Of a stretch of 64,000 bases of DNA, positions 46,427 through 55,305 are shown piece after piece. The notes under the pieces are model-generated. The model was given only the letters and a program-made list of their open reading frames with translations, made no database searches and was not told where the DNA came from. The DNA is taken from the sequence record NC_015251.1; one strand, 5' to 3'. How positions within the stretch are numbered: position 1 is the first letter of the stretch; every line of letters starts with the position of its first letter. The position numbers and the translations under genes were made by a program.

Positions 46427-46941
46427 TATGACAGTTCCTTACCTGTAATAGAATCGATGAAATAGAACCGTGTGATTTCGTCATTTTCAACGATATCTTT
46501 CATCACATCGGTAAACAGATCGGATCCCATATCGAATGTATCAGTGGAATTTCCGGAACGATATTGAGGTGCGCCCCAAGAAAATGACTCCTTAGATGGA
46601 CGAACAATCATACCGGAAGTAGTCACACAATAGATATAGACATTATTATGTTTTTCTGCTTCTTCCATGAGTTCATCAATATGATCAAGAACCCATTGAG
46701 CATCTACCACCACGTTGTGTTTTACAATATGACAGATCTGGCGGTCTGATTCCAGAACAAACACACGATGGTCTTTTGGATCAAACGCCGTGCAGGTATA
46801 GAACAAAGGAACACCGTTGATTTCGATGAGTCGATGATTCATCCCAAACATTCCCATGGTGGAAAATCCATAATTGGTGATTTTGATATTCATAATGTAT
46901 TCCTCATTGTTTTGTCTACGTGGGTAATATCTCATACCCAC
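46426..46941 (-). CDS. hypothetical protein
   Basis: Likely start MNIKIT near 46893 with GAGGA RBS. Confidence 0.7.
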   Translation of the reverse strand: MGMRYYPRRQNNEEYIMNIKITNYGFSTMGMFGMNHRLIEINGVPLFYTCTAFDPKDHRVFVLESDRQICHIVKHNVVVDAQWVLDHIDELMEEAEKHNNVYIYCVTTSGMIVRPSKESFSWGAPQYRSGNSTDTFDMGSDLFTDVMKDIVENDEITRFYFIDSITGKELS

Positions 46942-46954
46942 GATTCTATGTCAA
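46919..46954 (-). promoter_or_regulatory. promoter with -10 in a hairpin loop
   Basis: TTGACA-17-GATATT; CGTGGGTA/TACCCACG arms. Confidence 0.8.
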
Positions 46955-46958
46955 TAAA

Positions 46959-47159
46959 TTATTTTGATTTTACTAATAGATTTTTCAAATCAATAATCTT
47001 AATCCATACCATCTCAATGAAAATCTCGATCAACGTTACTACAACCCAAAAAGCAACCAACGGCCAGAGTAGTGAGTATTTTTTATGACAACCCTTCAAA
47101 ATTAAGACACTATAAACAATAACGTAAATAGACGCCAGCATCAAGATAAAGCTAATCAT
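46959..47159 (-). CDS. small membrane protein
   Basis: Two hydrophobic segments. Confidence 0.6.
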   Translation of the reverse strand: MISFILMLASIYVIVYSVLILKGCHKKYSLLWPLVAFWVVVTLIEIFIEMVWIKIIDLKNLLVKSK

Positions 47160-47608
47160 TGGTGATTCTCCCCAGTCATACTAACTTTGATTTTTTCGAT
47201 TTGTTCACGTATCGACTTAATATCATCTTCCAGTTCCTCAATACGTCCAAGTTTCAATTTGTTTACTGGGGTATCCCAGTTAATAGGCCATCGCTCGGAA
47301 TCGTTGGAATGGAAACTGTGTTTGCTATTACACGCAGAATATTGATCTCCATCAATGAAGATACCAATATCATATTGATGCAATTCACGTTCAAGTTCAT
47401 AATCCCGAACTCGCTGTTCTGAGTCATAATCCAGAAGTTCTAAAGCATAGGAACGAGAGATCTTTTGAAGAGGAACTTTTACTTGGTGATAAACATTATC
47501 ATAACCGCATACATTCCAGATAACAAAGTTTTTACCAAAAGTGAATGCCTCTACTACAGCAACATTACCACCACACATTTCATCGAGTTGGGAAAATGAT
47601 AATTTCAT
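47156..47608 (-). CDS. hypothetical protein
   Basis: Packed ORF. Confidence 0.7.
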   Translation of the reverse strand: MKLSFSQLDEMCGGNVAVVEAFTFGKNFVIWNVCGYDNVYHQVKVPLQKISRSYALELLDYDSEQRVRDYELERELHQYDIGIFIDGDQYSACNSKHSFHSNDSERWPINWDTPVNKLKLGRIEELEDDIKSIREQIEKIKVSMTGENHQ

Positions 47609-47610
47609 GA

Positions 47611-47814
47611 TTAATCTACCTTAGTAATTGAAAAGGAAAAGTCATTACCGTATGTACTATTACAATACAACAATTCACCGTTAATGTAAACCCCAAATCG
47701 ACCACCATCATAAGTAATTTGGAGAGATTTGATTTCAGGTAATACATATTGGTCTGTAGAACCCCAACCACCGGAATCATAATCTTGAAAATGGATATCG
47801 CATTTGCTGGTCAT
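47611..47814 (-). CDS. hypothetical protein
   Basis: Packed ORF. Confidence 0.65.
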   Translation of the reverse strand: MTSKCDIHFQDYDSGGWGSTDQYVLPEIKSLQITYDGGRFGVYINGELLYCNSTYGNDFSFSITKVD

Positions 47815-48311
47815 TTCTTGAGTCCTTTGATTCGGTTGTATTCTGAAGTGATGATCGGATTTTGAATAGTAGCAATATCCTTTGGATCTAGATCATCAAT
47901 CTTGGCAACCACAATATTGAAAATTGTACTATTGATTTCGTCCTTAGTCAAGCCCCAATCGAAATATTGTTTCAGCAAGGGGTCTTTCTTCATCATAGCA
48001 TTTAGACACTCCATAGCATATTTCACATGTGCTTGAAGGATTGCGCACTTTTCGATAAAGACTGACGACTTGATGTTTTCGTGGAACTGCTCCAACACAA
48101 GAACATCATTCATGGCAGTTCGGAGATCCCGTAGTGTTCCAACTTCTAGCGCGTAAAGTTCTTCACAGATACCGGCGATCCTGACTTCGGCCTTTTTCTG
48201 TTGGCTTGAAGGATTGACAAGACCAAAGAAGATTTCAGAAGGTGGATACAAACTGGTCTTTTTACAGAATACATCCAAAACAGAAGAACGGAAATATGGA
48301 TAGTTTTTCAT
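47811..48311 (-). CDS. hypothetical protein
   Basis: Repeated RBS cassette TTGGAGAATAAAATGAAAAA. Confidence 0.75.
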   Translation of the reverse strand: MKNYPYFRSSVLDVFCKKTSLYPPSEIFFGLVNPSSQQKKAEVRIAGICEELYALEVGTLRDLRTAMNDVLVLEQFHENIKSSVFIEKCAILQAHVKYAMECLNAMMKKDPLLKQYFDWGLTKDEINSTIFNIVVAKIDDLDPKDIATIQNPIITSEYNRIKGLKK

Positions 48312-48312
48312 T

Positions 48313-48549
48313 TTATTCTCCAAACTTAATATTACGTGGAAACTTAAAACCGGTTACTTCTTCATACTTAATTCTAATTTCTTCTGCCCAGACTTCAGGA
48401 TCTTTATCCTTAACGTATTCAACGAATGCATGTTGATCACCAAACACAATATTGATGGTTTCCATAACACGCCGTTCGTGAGCAAACAACATATGTGATG
48501 GTAATTGACTACTGGGTGTTCCTACTGGGAAATCAAGAATATTTTTCAT
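48313..48549 (-). CDS. hypothetical protein
   Basis: Same repeated RBS cassette. Confidence 0.7.
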   Translation of the reverse strand: MKNILDFPVGTPSSQLPSHMLFAHERRVMETINIVFGDQHAFVEYVKDKDPEVWAEEIRIKYEEVTGFKFPRNIKFGE

Positions 48550-48550
48550 T

Positions 48551-48784
48551 TTATTCTCCAACGAATGATTTAATTTTAGTTTGGATCTCTTGGTAACTCA
48601 AGATAGGTTTCTTCAGGATCTCATCTGAATAACCCCAAATCCCATCGTCTGACACCAACAAAGATTCAGATAATCCCGTTTTCGGATCTCGGGTCATAGC
48701 CAATCCCAATGGATGGAGAACTTCATGGTTGATACGATGAATCAACCCTAACTGACTTGCTTGGTTCCAATCGATAGTTTTCAT
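48551..48784 (-). CDS. conserved phage protein
   Basis: IDWNQASQLGLIHRINHEVLHPLGLA..DDG.W.Y motif. Confidence 0.8.
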   Translation of the reverse strand: MKTIDWNQASQLGLIHRINHEVLHPLGLAMTRDPKTGLSESLLVSDDGIWGYSDEILKKPILSYQEIQTKIKSFVGE

Positions 48785-48982
48785 TGTTTACCCATTTTAA
48801 TATAATTCATGATTGTTTTATATTCGGGGTGTTCGATCACCAACGCCGGACAAATTTCTGGATCAATATCCATAATGATTCTGATGATGCGTGGGGTGAT
48901 AGCTCACAGACAGTTTAGAAATTTGGAGCTGTACGTTGTTAACATCAATAATCGCTTTCATATAAGATTTCCCTGTTAATTG

Positions 48983-49019
48983 ATGTGGGTAGTATCTCAT
49001 ACCCACATATGCGTGTCAA
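48983..49019 (-). promoter_or_regulatory. promoter with -10 in a hairpin loop
   Basis: TTGACA-17-GATACT; ATGTGGGTA/TACCCACAT arms. Confidence 0.8.
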
Positions 49020-49062
49020 TCGTAAACTTTGAAAAATTCTCTCAGTTCGTAATCATATACTG

Positions 49063-49305
49063 CTACTGGATGAGCTTTATAGATTTTTTACCATCTTGGT
49101 AATATTCACTATAGAAAATGTAACCTTGTGGGTTTGTTTGATATGGGTCCTCTTCTACGTATACATTGCAATATTCGTAAATATGAAACCAGTCAACCAG
49201 TGAATGATGGTTTTTGATCATATCTTCATCTGGGTATGCAGATATTATGAAATCTTTTTCTAGTTTATGAATTAGCTTTACGCGCTTCATCTTTAATAGC
49301 CTCAC
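49063..49305 (-). CDS. hypothetical protein
   Basis: Packed ORF; ends uncertain. Confidence 0.55.
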   Translation of the reverse strand: MRLLKMKRVKLIHKLEKDFIISAYPDEDMIKNHHSLVDWFHIYEYCNVYVEEDPYQTNPQGYIFYSEYYQDGKKSIKLIQ

Positions 49306-49588
49306 TTAAACACTCATCAAGATCGCCACCACCATTATACCAAAGAGATATAAATTTGATAGTACCATCCTTTGTTTTGGTAACTTCAACATAACCACAT
49401 GGGTCTAGTTTTGTATACTCAATAACCTTATGGACGATGCCACCAACCAAAATATATTCTTTTGATTTATGATACTTATCCAAAAATTCTTCTAGTGCAT
49501 CATAAGAATCTTCAATTTTCATAAATGTTTCTACAGATACACCAAGGGAAATGATTTCCCCTTTAACAAATTCCATACTACTCATCAT
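49265..49588 (-). CDS. hypothetical protein
   Basis: GAGG RBS. Confidence 0.7.
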   Translation of the reverse strand: MMSSMEFVKGEIISLGVSVETFMKIEDSYDALEEFLDKYHKSKEYILVGGIVHKVIEYTKLDPCGYVEVTKTKDGTIKFISLWYNGGGDLDECLSEAIKDEARKANS

Positions 49589-50045
49589 TCAACCTCATAA
49601 AATATGCATACATGGAGTGATTGGTATCATATGTTACTTCTTTACCAAACCACTCTGGATAGTCAGAAAAATCGAGAGCTTCTTTTTCGCTAGGAAACTC
49701 AACCTCTGCATAATATGTATTAGGGTAATCTAATATTTCGTCAAATTCAATGGTATATCCCATCCAAGGCATTTTGTATCGAATCTTACGCAAACCAAAC
49801 CCGCCACTAGCATAAACGATCTCATGAAACTCGTCCTCTTCTATTTCGAATTCGTCTTCATCCCGAGATAGACCGAAACCGGTTTTTACAGTGCGGATAT
49901 ATTGATAACTATAATCCCTAAAAAGTACCTTTCGATATCGAACTCCGTCAATATACCACTGAGTCATATATACAGTTTCAATATTTTCAAATTCAACATC
50001 TGGAAATTCGTCTACAACCCACTTACGTTCAATTTCTTTAGCCAT
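49578..50045 (-). CDS. CYTH (triphosphate tunnel metalloenzyme) domain protein
   Basis: N-terminal EIERKW; TVKTG..R.E.E..I; KIRY; AEVEF; PEWFGKEVT. Confidence 0.88.
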   Translation of the reverse strand: MAKEIERKWVVDEFPDVEFENIETVYMTQWYIDGVRYRKVLFRDYSYQYIRTVKTGFGLSRDEDEFEIEEDEFHEIVYASGGFGLRKIRYKMPWMGYTIEFDEILDYPNTYYAEVEFPSEKEALDFSDYPEWFGKEVTYDTNHSMYAYFMRLNDE

Positions 50046-50421
50046 TATTAATTACCATGTTTATTTTGTTCTGCAACTCGATACCCCATTTGGTTTCTGC
50101 ACCAAAGAAATTATATGCTTCATAATTCCAGAATTTACGATTAGGATTTACAAGATCTACCTTATCGCTAGAGAATTGAGCGAACCCCCTACGTGGAATA
50201 ATCAACTTATCATTCAGAGCTTTCTGGAAAACAATATTATTCTGAGCAAACCACTTAGCTTTGATATCAATAAGTTCACGAATCTTATCAAGGTCGCAAG
50301 TCTTATCAATGTCTAAGGACAAAATTGCAGAGTGGACAAAAACCTTACAACCCAATCCATCAATGTATGACAGATCGATATAAAATCTAAGTTTATCCTT
50401 TTTCTTGAACCATTCTAACAT
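50038..50421 (-). CDS. hypothetical protein
   Basis: GAGG RBS. Confidence 0.7.
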   Translation of the reverse strand: MLEWFKKKDKLRFYIDLSYIDGLGCKVFVHSAILSLDIDKTCDLDKIRELIDIKAKWFAQNNIVFQKALNDKLIIPRRGFAQFSSDKVDLVNPNRKFWNYEAYNFFGAETKWGIELQNKINMVINNG

Positions 50422-50433
50422 AAAAACCTCTTA

Positions 50434-50473
50434 CGAACGTAGTGAGTAACGGCTTTGCCGCCTCGCAAGTTCG
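50434..50473. other. structured intergenic element
   Basis: CGAAC/GTTCG, GTGAG/CTCGC and CGGC-TTT-GCCG nested stems. Confidence 0.6.
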
Positions 50474-50477
50474 GATT

Positions 50478-50544
50478 TTTCTAATTATAAAGTTTCTATT
50501 AATATATTATAGAACTTTATACTTTGATTACATTTGAAACTAAC
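50478..50544. repeat. 67-bp AT-rich repeat, copy 2
   Basis: 65/67 identical to 12542-12608. Confidence 0.9.
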
Positions 50545-50559
50545 TCATATAAAGCGTTT

Positions 50560-50616
50560 TAAGAGACTTTACACTTAACCTATACAAAGTTATAGGGTAG
50601 GTTATAAAGTCTCTTA
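50560..50616. repeat. long imperfect inverted repeat
   Basis: TAAGAGACTTTA/TAAAGTCTCTTA (12 bp) enclosing TAACCTA/TAGGTTA. Confidence 0.85.
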
Positions 50617-50635
50617 TACGAGCATACAGAGTGGT

Positions 50636-50905
50636 CTACTGGACGATTTCGAGATATTCGTTGATCTCATCTTCAAACATTATGAAGCTGTCATTATCAT
50701 CGAAAGGGAATTCGTCATTTACACCAATCAAATCACTACCCAGAAGTTCACCTTCGAACACATCGAGGCGAATATGAGAAAACAGATCGATAACTGTCTG
50801 TGTATTCTCTGTGTTTTGTGGATAATTAGAAAAGATTGCTTTTTCTTGTTCAAGAGTGGTAATAAATTGATTGAGAGATTCTTCTGATTTAAAGCGAAAT
50901 TTCAT
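50636..50905 (-). CDS. MKIKFKS-family protein
   Basis: MKFRFKSEES..EYLEIVQ. Confidence 0.75.
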   Translation of the reverse strand: MKFRFKSEESLNQFITTLEQEKAIFSNYPQNTENTQTVIDLFSHIRLDVFEGELLGSDLIGVNDEFPFDDNDSFIMFEDEINEYLEIVQ

Positions 50906-50920
50906 TTTTCATTCTCCGAA

Positions 50921-51688
50921 TTATTGAATAGTCATATAAACTGTATTTGATGGAAGACTTTTAACAAGCTCCTTCTTGGGGATTCGAATAATATCCAATC
51001 GTTGAAGCTTTACAAACTCTCCATCAGAAAAGAAATCTTCCGATTTTAGAAATCCGTCTTCGATCCATACAGCAGTAAAGATACCAGATTCTGGCATGGT
51101 GTCAACCTGTTTTACCTGTTGTTCAAATTGACTACCAACTTCAACTAGATGATCTTCTACCTCATGAGGTAGGAACAAAATTTGATTTTGGAAACCGATA
51201 CCATCTGCCTTGAAAATAGATTTATCATTTTTATAAGCCGCACCTATACCACCTTCACCGATAAAACTTACTTTTTTGCAAATTTGGTCGAGAATGATTT
51301 CCAATTCGGTTAGGTATCTTTGATCCCAATTACGTTGAAATGCACAGAATACTCGTTCTTTCCACAACACCGGACTGTCTGAATTTTTCCACTTATACCA
51401 AGTTTCAACTTTCTCATGGGTTTGTTCAGTACCAATTTCCACCAAATAATTATTAATATCGTCATCGGTGAATATTAGAAGACCATATACGGATTTATCA
51501 TTGACCATAGTTACATCGTTAACCCACTTTTCATGGAAAACGCAAACCATCTCTTTCTCTCCGATAATACTAGCAGCAAATTGAAATTCTTCGCTATTAT
51601 CACCAAAGATCTTAAATATCTTATTTAACCACTCGGATTTTGATTTTGAATCCTTCCATTTATATGTTTTTACTTTACTCATATACAA
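50921..51688 (-). CDS. multi-module protein with two YKWK repeats (distant MKIKFKS-family)
   Basis: KTYKWKDS..YLVEIG and TWYKWKNS..HLVEVG repeats. Confidence 0.75.
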   Translation of the reverse strand: MYMSKVKTYKWKDSKSKSEWLNKIFKIFGDNSEEFQFAASIIGEKEMVCVFHEKWVNDVTMVNDKSVYGLLIFTDDDINNYLVEIGTEQTHEKVETWYKWKNSDSPVLWKERVFCAFQRNWDQRYLTELEIILDQICKKVSFIGEGGIGAAYKNDKSIFKADGIGFQNQILFLPHEVEDHLVEVGSQFEQQVKQVDTMPESGIFTAVWIEDGFLKSEDFFSDGEFVKLQRLDIIRIPKKELVKSLPSNTVYMTIQ

Positions 51689-51811
51689 CCTCTGCTAGTT
51701 TTTTGTAAACAAGATTTAGCCCATCGACCGAATCTTTTAAGTCTTGTGTATGAAACACATCAGAGCATACTATAGCTAAAACTCCAAGTAAAGACCCAAT
51801 CAAAATATATT

Positions 51812-52387
51812 TCATACATACCCGAGTCGTTTAGCTTCTTTCTCGTTGATTGCAACAAATCCGTCATCCGTCCGGATCACATAGTCACTTTCCACAACAA
51901 GATTACCGTTGAGCAAACACATACCTACCGCATTTGGACTGCGATATTTCCGGAACCCGTCTACTGCGTCACCTGCAAAGGTTTTAAGTTCGTCAATACC
52001 TTCCTGACTATATACAAACTTTACGTATTTTTTCATATCATTTTCCTCTTTTATCTCAACCTTATCATAGGTTTTCCAAAAAATATCTGGCTTACATGCA
52101 TAGTATTCCCCATCAACCCCTTTAATAATAAAGTCTCCCGGAGTTACTACGTGTTTACCTTCACGAGTATCAATAACACCCATAACCTCCCAAGTCCACA
52201 TATTACTATCTGAACTACAACCGCTAGTACCAAGCAGATTAAAGATCTCCATGTAATCTGTAGGTCTTACCATTGGGTGATCTTTACAATCCCTCGCCCA
52301 TATAGGCATTCCGTTTGTGTCTGGTGCATTCCATTGAATAGCCTCTACAACCACCGGCTTTTTACGATATAGATTATTCAGATTCAC
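51812..52387 (-). CDS. conserved phage protein (KKPVVVEA..PGD family)
   Basis: YRKKPVVVEAIQW..I.TREG.H.V.PGDFIIKGVDGEYYACKPDIF.KTY. Confidence 0.85.
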   Translation of the reverse strand: MNLNNLYRKKPVVVEAIQWNAPDTNGMPIWARDCKDHPMVRPTDYMEIFNLLGTSGCSSDSNMWTWEVMGVIDTREGKHVVTPGDFIIKGVDGEYYACKPDIFWKTYDKVEIKEENDMKKYVKFVYSQEGIDELKTFAGDAVDGFRKYRSPNAVGMCLLNGNLVVESDYVIRTDDGFVAINEKEAKRLGYV

Positions 52388-52611
52388 AGTTGAATCTCCA
52401 TGATACTAATAAAATTCCAAGTCCATAACCCATCGATTTCATCTTTTCTACAACCAGACATATCAATAACGTATTTTTCTACGATTTCTGTTATAGCTTT
52501 CCGATCAACAATGTGTTCATCATGGTCAACAACTAACACTTGCTCATTGTTGTTCCCACCAAAAGGACCACAAATATCATACTCACACCAAATTTTTATG
52601 TAACTTTTCAT
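52384..52611 (-). CDS. hypothetical protein
   Basis: Packed ORF. Confidence 0.7.
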   Translation of the reverse strand: MKSYIKIWCEYDICGPFGGNNNEQVLVVDHDEHIVDRKAITEIVEKYVIDMSGCRKDEIDGLWTWNFISIMEIQL

Positions 52612-52982
52612 TTGTTTTTAAACCTCTGCTCTATTTGATTAATAACCATTTCATATCCAGAATATGGGGTAACATATGCTACTCCCCTTTCGGACCCATG
52701 TAAAGTCATTTTAACTGCGTCATTATGACCTACCATAAACTTATATTCCACACGAAGAACACCCTTTTCAAATACGGTTGATTCTACCTTAATAGGGCCA
52801 AGGTGCTCTTTTTGGAACTGCTTTAGGGTTTGTACCAAAGTAATTCGTTGTGAGTCTGTGATAGATTCAACGGCCTTATAGAACTGGTTTTCTTGAAACT
52901 GTCGGATCTCATGTTTTACCATATCTATAATTTTATCAACGCCGTCAGTTCTAACATAGTCAAAACGATAATTCATACACAC
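52608..52982 (-). CDS. hypothetical protein
   Basis: Packed ORF. Confidence 0.7.
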   Translation of the reverse strand: MCMNYRFDYVRTDGVDKIIDMVKHEIRQFQENQFYKAVESITDSQRITLVQTLKQFQKEHLGPIKVESTVFEKGVLRVEYKFMVGHNDAVKMTLHGSERGVAYVTPYSGYEMVINQIEQRFKNK

Positions 52983-53224
52983 CTCACATATTTAAAAGTT
53001 ACCATTGGGGTAAACATTCTATATTCGTTGGGGACCATACACCAACATACTACTTCATAACCCATACTTTGGGCAGCGAGATCTACCTCATAAATCCAAT
53101 CTTCTGCGAATGAAGTATCAATAACTCGATTATCATACTTACTCAAAATCGGAAATTGTATAGACAAATCGTTATGAGATTTAACAACGAATTTACCTTT
53201 CCACGAACTCATGATATCACCCAT
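52973..53224 (-). CDS. hypothetical protein
   Basis: Packed ORF. Confidence 0.65.
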   Translation of the reverse strand: MGDIMSSWKGKFVVKSHNDLSIQFPILSKYDNRVIDTSFAEDWIYEVDLAAQSMGYEVVCWCMVPNEYRMFTPMVTFKYVRCV

Positions 53225-53267
53225 ATTCCTGATTTGATGTTTTTATAAAGGCCCAAATTAGTAACCA

Positions 53268-53717
53268 TCATAGTTTTCCATTTACTACCCATGCAGTAGT
53301 TGATAACCAGACCGCGCGAGTTATGGACAATGTACCAACCCATTTATATTTTCCAGTATTACCAGATGATACACCGTTTATAATGCATTTTACAATAACA
53401 AATAAAACGGAAATATTCATTATACCCCTCTCCAACATTGGAACAATCATAACATGGAGCATATCCATGTAAGTTTGACGATAATCGTCTTGATGGATTT
53501 CTTTAATCACCTCATATATATCCCGACCATTGAGTGACCAGCTAATAACTTCCGCATTATCTATTTCACGAAACGGATTACCGTTCAGCTTAATGATAAT
53601 GAAGTTTGAACTTTTTGGAAGATCAATAAGCCATTCATTTCGGCCTGCTAGGGATTTACCATGGGTTGACAAAACTTTACGAACATCTTCATTGATAAAT
53701 TGGATTCTCATACACAT
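53268..53717 (-). CDS. hypothetical protein (3' part possibly frameshifted)
   Basis: AAGGAG RBS. Confidence 0.6.
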   Translation of the reverse strand: MCMRIQFINEDVRKVLSTHGKSLAGRNEWLIDLPKSSNFIIIKLNGNPFREIDNAEVISWSLNGRDIYEVIKEIHQDDYRQTYMDMLHVMIVPMLERGIMNISVLFVIVKCIINGVSSGNTGKYKWVGTLSITRAVWLSTTAWVVNGKL

Positions 53718-53749
53718 CTCCTTGATTCAGATTCCATAATACCAGAAAC

Positions 53750-53785
53750 AAAAATGGGATCAAGCATTATTTGCCCGATCCCATT
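53750..53785 (-). terminator. intrinsic terminator closing the late operon
   Basis: 14-bp stem AATGGGATCGGGCA/TGCTTGATCCCATT (two G-U pairs on minus) then T-tract. Confidence 0.8.
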
Positions 53786-53788
53786 AAA

Positions 53789-54121
53789 TTATTTCTTCAA
53801 CATACCATTCAGCTTATCAAAAGCCGCATTGAAGTTCTTTTGTGTGTCTTCTTTTGAACGACTAAACTTAACCTGACCGAATGTTTCGATAGGGCTAATG
53901 TTTGTCTTTGTCAAGTCAACATTTTCTTTAACCCAACGTTTCCATTCGTGTTGTTGAACCTCGTAATACTTTTTAGCATCACGGATCCCACCGGTTGTCA
54001 TACGACCTTGAACCGCACTCAACATAGAAATGTATTGGTTAACAATACGATTATAGTCTTTTGAGGTTTTCAAAACGTGTGCCTCATCAAGACGCTCGAA
54101 AAATTTACTGTTATCTAACAT
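53789..54121 (-). CDS. candidate internal head protein
   Basis: MLDNSKFFERLDEA has an LxE gp21-type site; in late operon. Confidence 0.65.
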   Translation of the reverse strand: MLDNSKFFERLDEAHVLKTSKDYNRIVNQYISMLSAVQGRMTTGGIRDAKKYYEVQQHEWKRWVKENVDLTKTNISPIETFGQVKFSRSKEDTQKNFNAAFDKLNGMLKK

Positions 54122-54122
54122 A

Positions 54123-54395
54123 TTACCCCCGAGCTTTCATAACTGCATCGACTACATCTTTGTTATTTGACATAGCAAACATAACAGCAGCTTTACCGAT
54201 TGCGGTCTTTTTGGTCAGTTGTTCACCTGACCATTTAGCCTTGGCATCAAAAGAACCAAATTTAAGTTCGTGTTTTTCGATCCAAGTATTGAAAAATTCT
54301 GCCAGTGAATCTTTAAATTGTTTGTTAATCAGATCTTTAGATTCACTCAGAAGAGATACATCCAGTTTTTCGTTCAACTCATTGAATTTTTTCAT
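54123..54395 (-). CDS. candidate internal head protein
   Basis: MKKFNELNE..LLSES resembles T4 IP leaders. Confidence 0.65.
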   Translation of the reverse strand: MKKFNELNEKLDVSLLSESKDLINKQFKDSLAEFFNTWIEKHELKFGSFDAKAKWSGEQLTKKTAIGKAAVMFAMSNNKDVVDAVMKARG

Positions 54396-54407
54396 TTTAT
54401 TTTTCCT

Positions 54408-54737
54408 TTAGTATCCGTAATTTTTGGCAGCAACTTCATCATAAACTTCAAACGTTTTGAACTTACCGGTTTCTTCATCGCCAAAAGAGTATACACCTTC
54501 TTTCAGGTTAATGGAAAGCTTTTTATACTCATCCCCGATTTTTATTTTAGCAAATTCACTATCACCAATCATAACTGGATACTCAACACCTTCCAATGTA
54601 AGCATAGTTCCCAACTGGGCAATAGATCCGGTTTGACGATCTGACGGACTTAGATTTTTAAAATTTACTTGTCCGGAAGTCGCTTTTGAACTAAACGCAT
54701 CCATAGCCTCGGTTAATTTCTGGTCATAGTCAAACAA
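54408..54737 (-). CDS. candidate internal head protein
   Basis: MFDYDQKLTEA has an LxE site. Confidence 0.65.
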   Translation of the reverse strand: MFDYDQKLTEAMDAFSSKATSGQVNFKNLSPSDRQTGSIAQLGTMLTLEGVEYPVMIGDSEFAKIKIGDEYKKLSINLKEGVYSFGDEETGKFKTFEVYDEVAAKNYGY

Positions 54738-54753
54738 TTGAACACCATCTACG

Positions 54754-55267
54754 TCATGACCTAAAATTGATTTTTGCTTCGTCCATCATTCCTTTAAAAT
54801 CCGGATGGATCATAAGAGATTCAAGCAAAGACTCCATCATGGCGCTTTTCTGACCAGCAGCCAGTTGTTTATGAGAGATCTTACCGCCAGTACCTTTAGG
54901 GAACACGGTTACTATGTTAATTTCTCGTCCTTTAACACTAGCAACTACCGAACGGTTTTCAGATTGGGAGTGGAACATGTAGGTTCCGCCTTTAATCTTA
55001 TTCGTTTCAGTATGCTTAACAATCTTACGGGCAAACTCTTTCCACTCTTCCGCCGACTTATCACCCGCTCGTTGATGTGCCCGAGCTTGTGCATGGATAG
55101 ACGCTTGAACTTTAAATGGCCCTACCCGCATAGTGACGGGTAATTTTGATTGTTTACTAAGATTAAATTCTTGGTCTTTGGTTAGTTCTACTTTTCGATT
55201 TCGACTTTCTGCCCGAACTTTCCTCGATTGATATGAGTCGAGAAAAGAAATGTTTGTTTTCTAACAT
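54754..55267 (-). CDS. candidate internal head protein with BECR/DUF4258-like domain (one-base frameshift near 55220)
   Basis: AAGGA RBS then MLENKHFFSRLISIEE; removing one A joins the ORF 54754-55131 (SIHAQARAHQR..INIVTVF). Confidence 0.55.
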
Positions 55268-55297
55268 ATTATTTTCCTTAAGGTGAGTCTTACCCTT

Positions 55298-55305
55298 TAT
55301 TTAGG
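55298..55305 (-). promoter_or_regulatory. putative late promoter CCTAAATA
   Basis: Same 8-mer as upstream of the spanins and tail fibre; about 30 nt before the ATG. Confidence 0.6.

Noticed and set aside
48551-48561. Shared MENKMKN N-terminus in ORFs ending at 48323 and 48561
   Set aside because: The extension is the repeated RBS cassette, not a targeting peptide.
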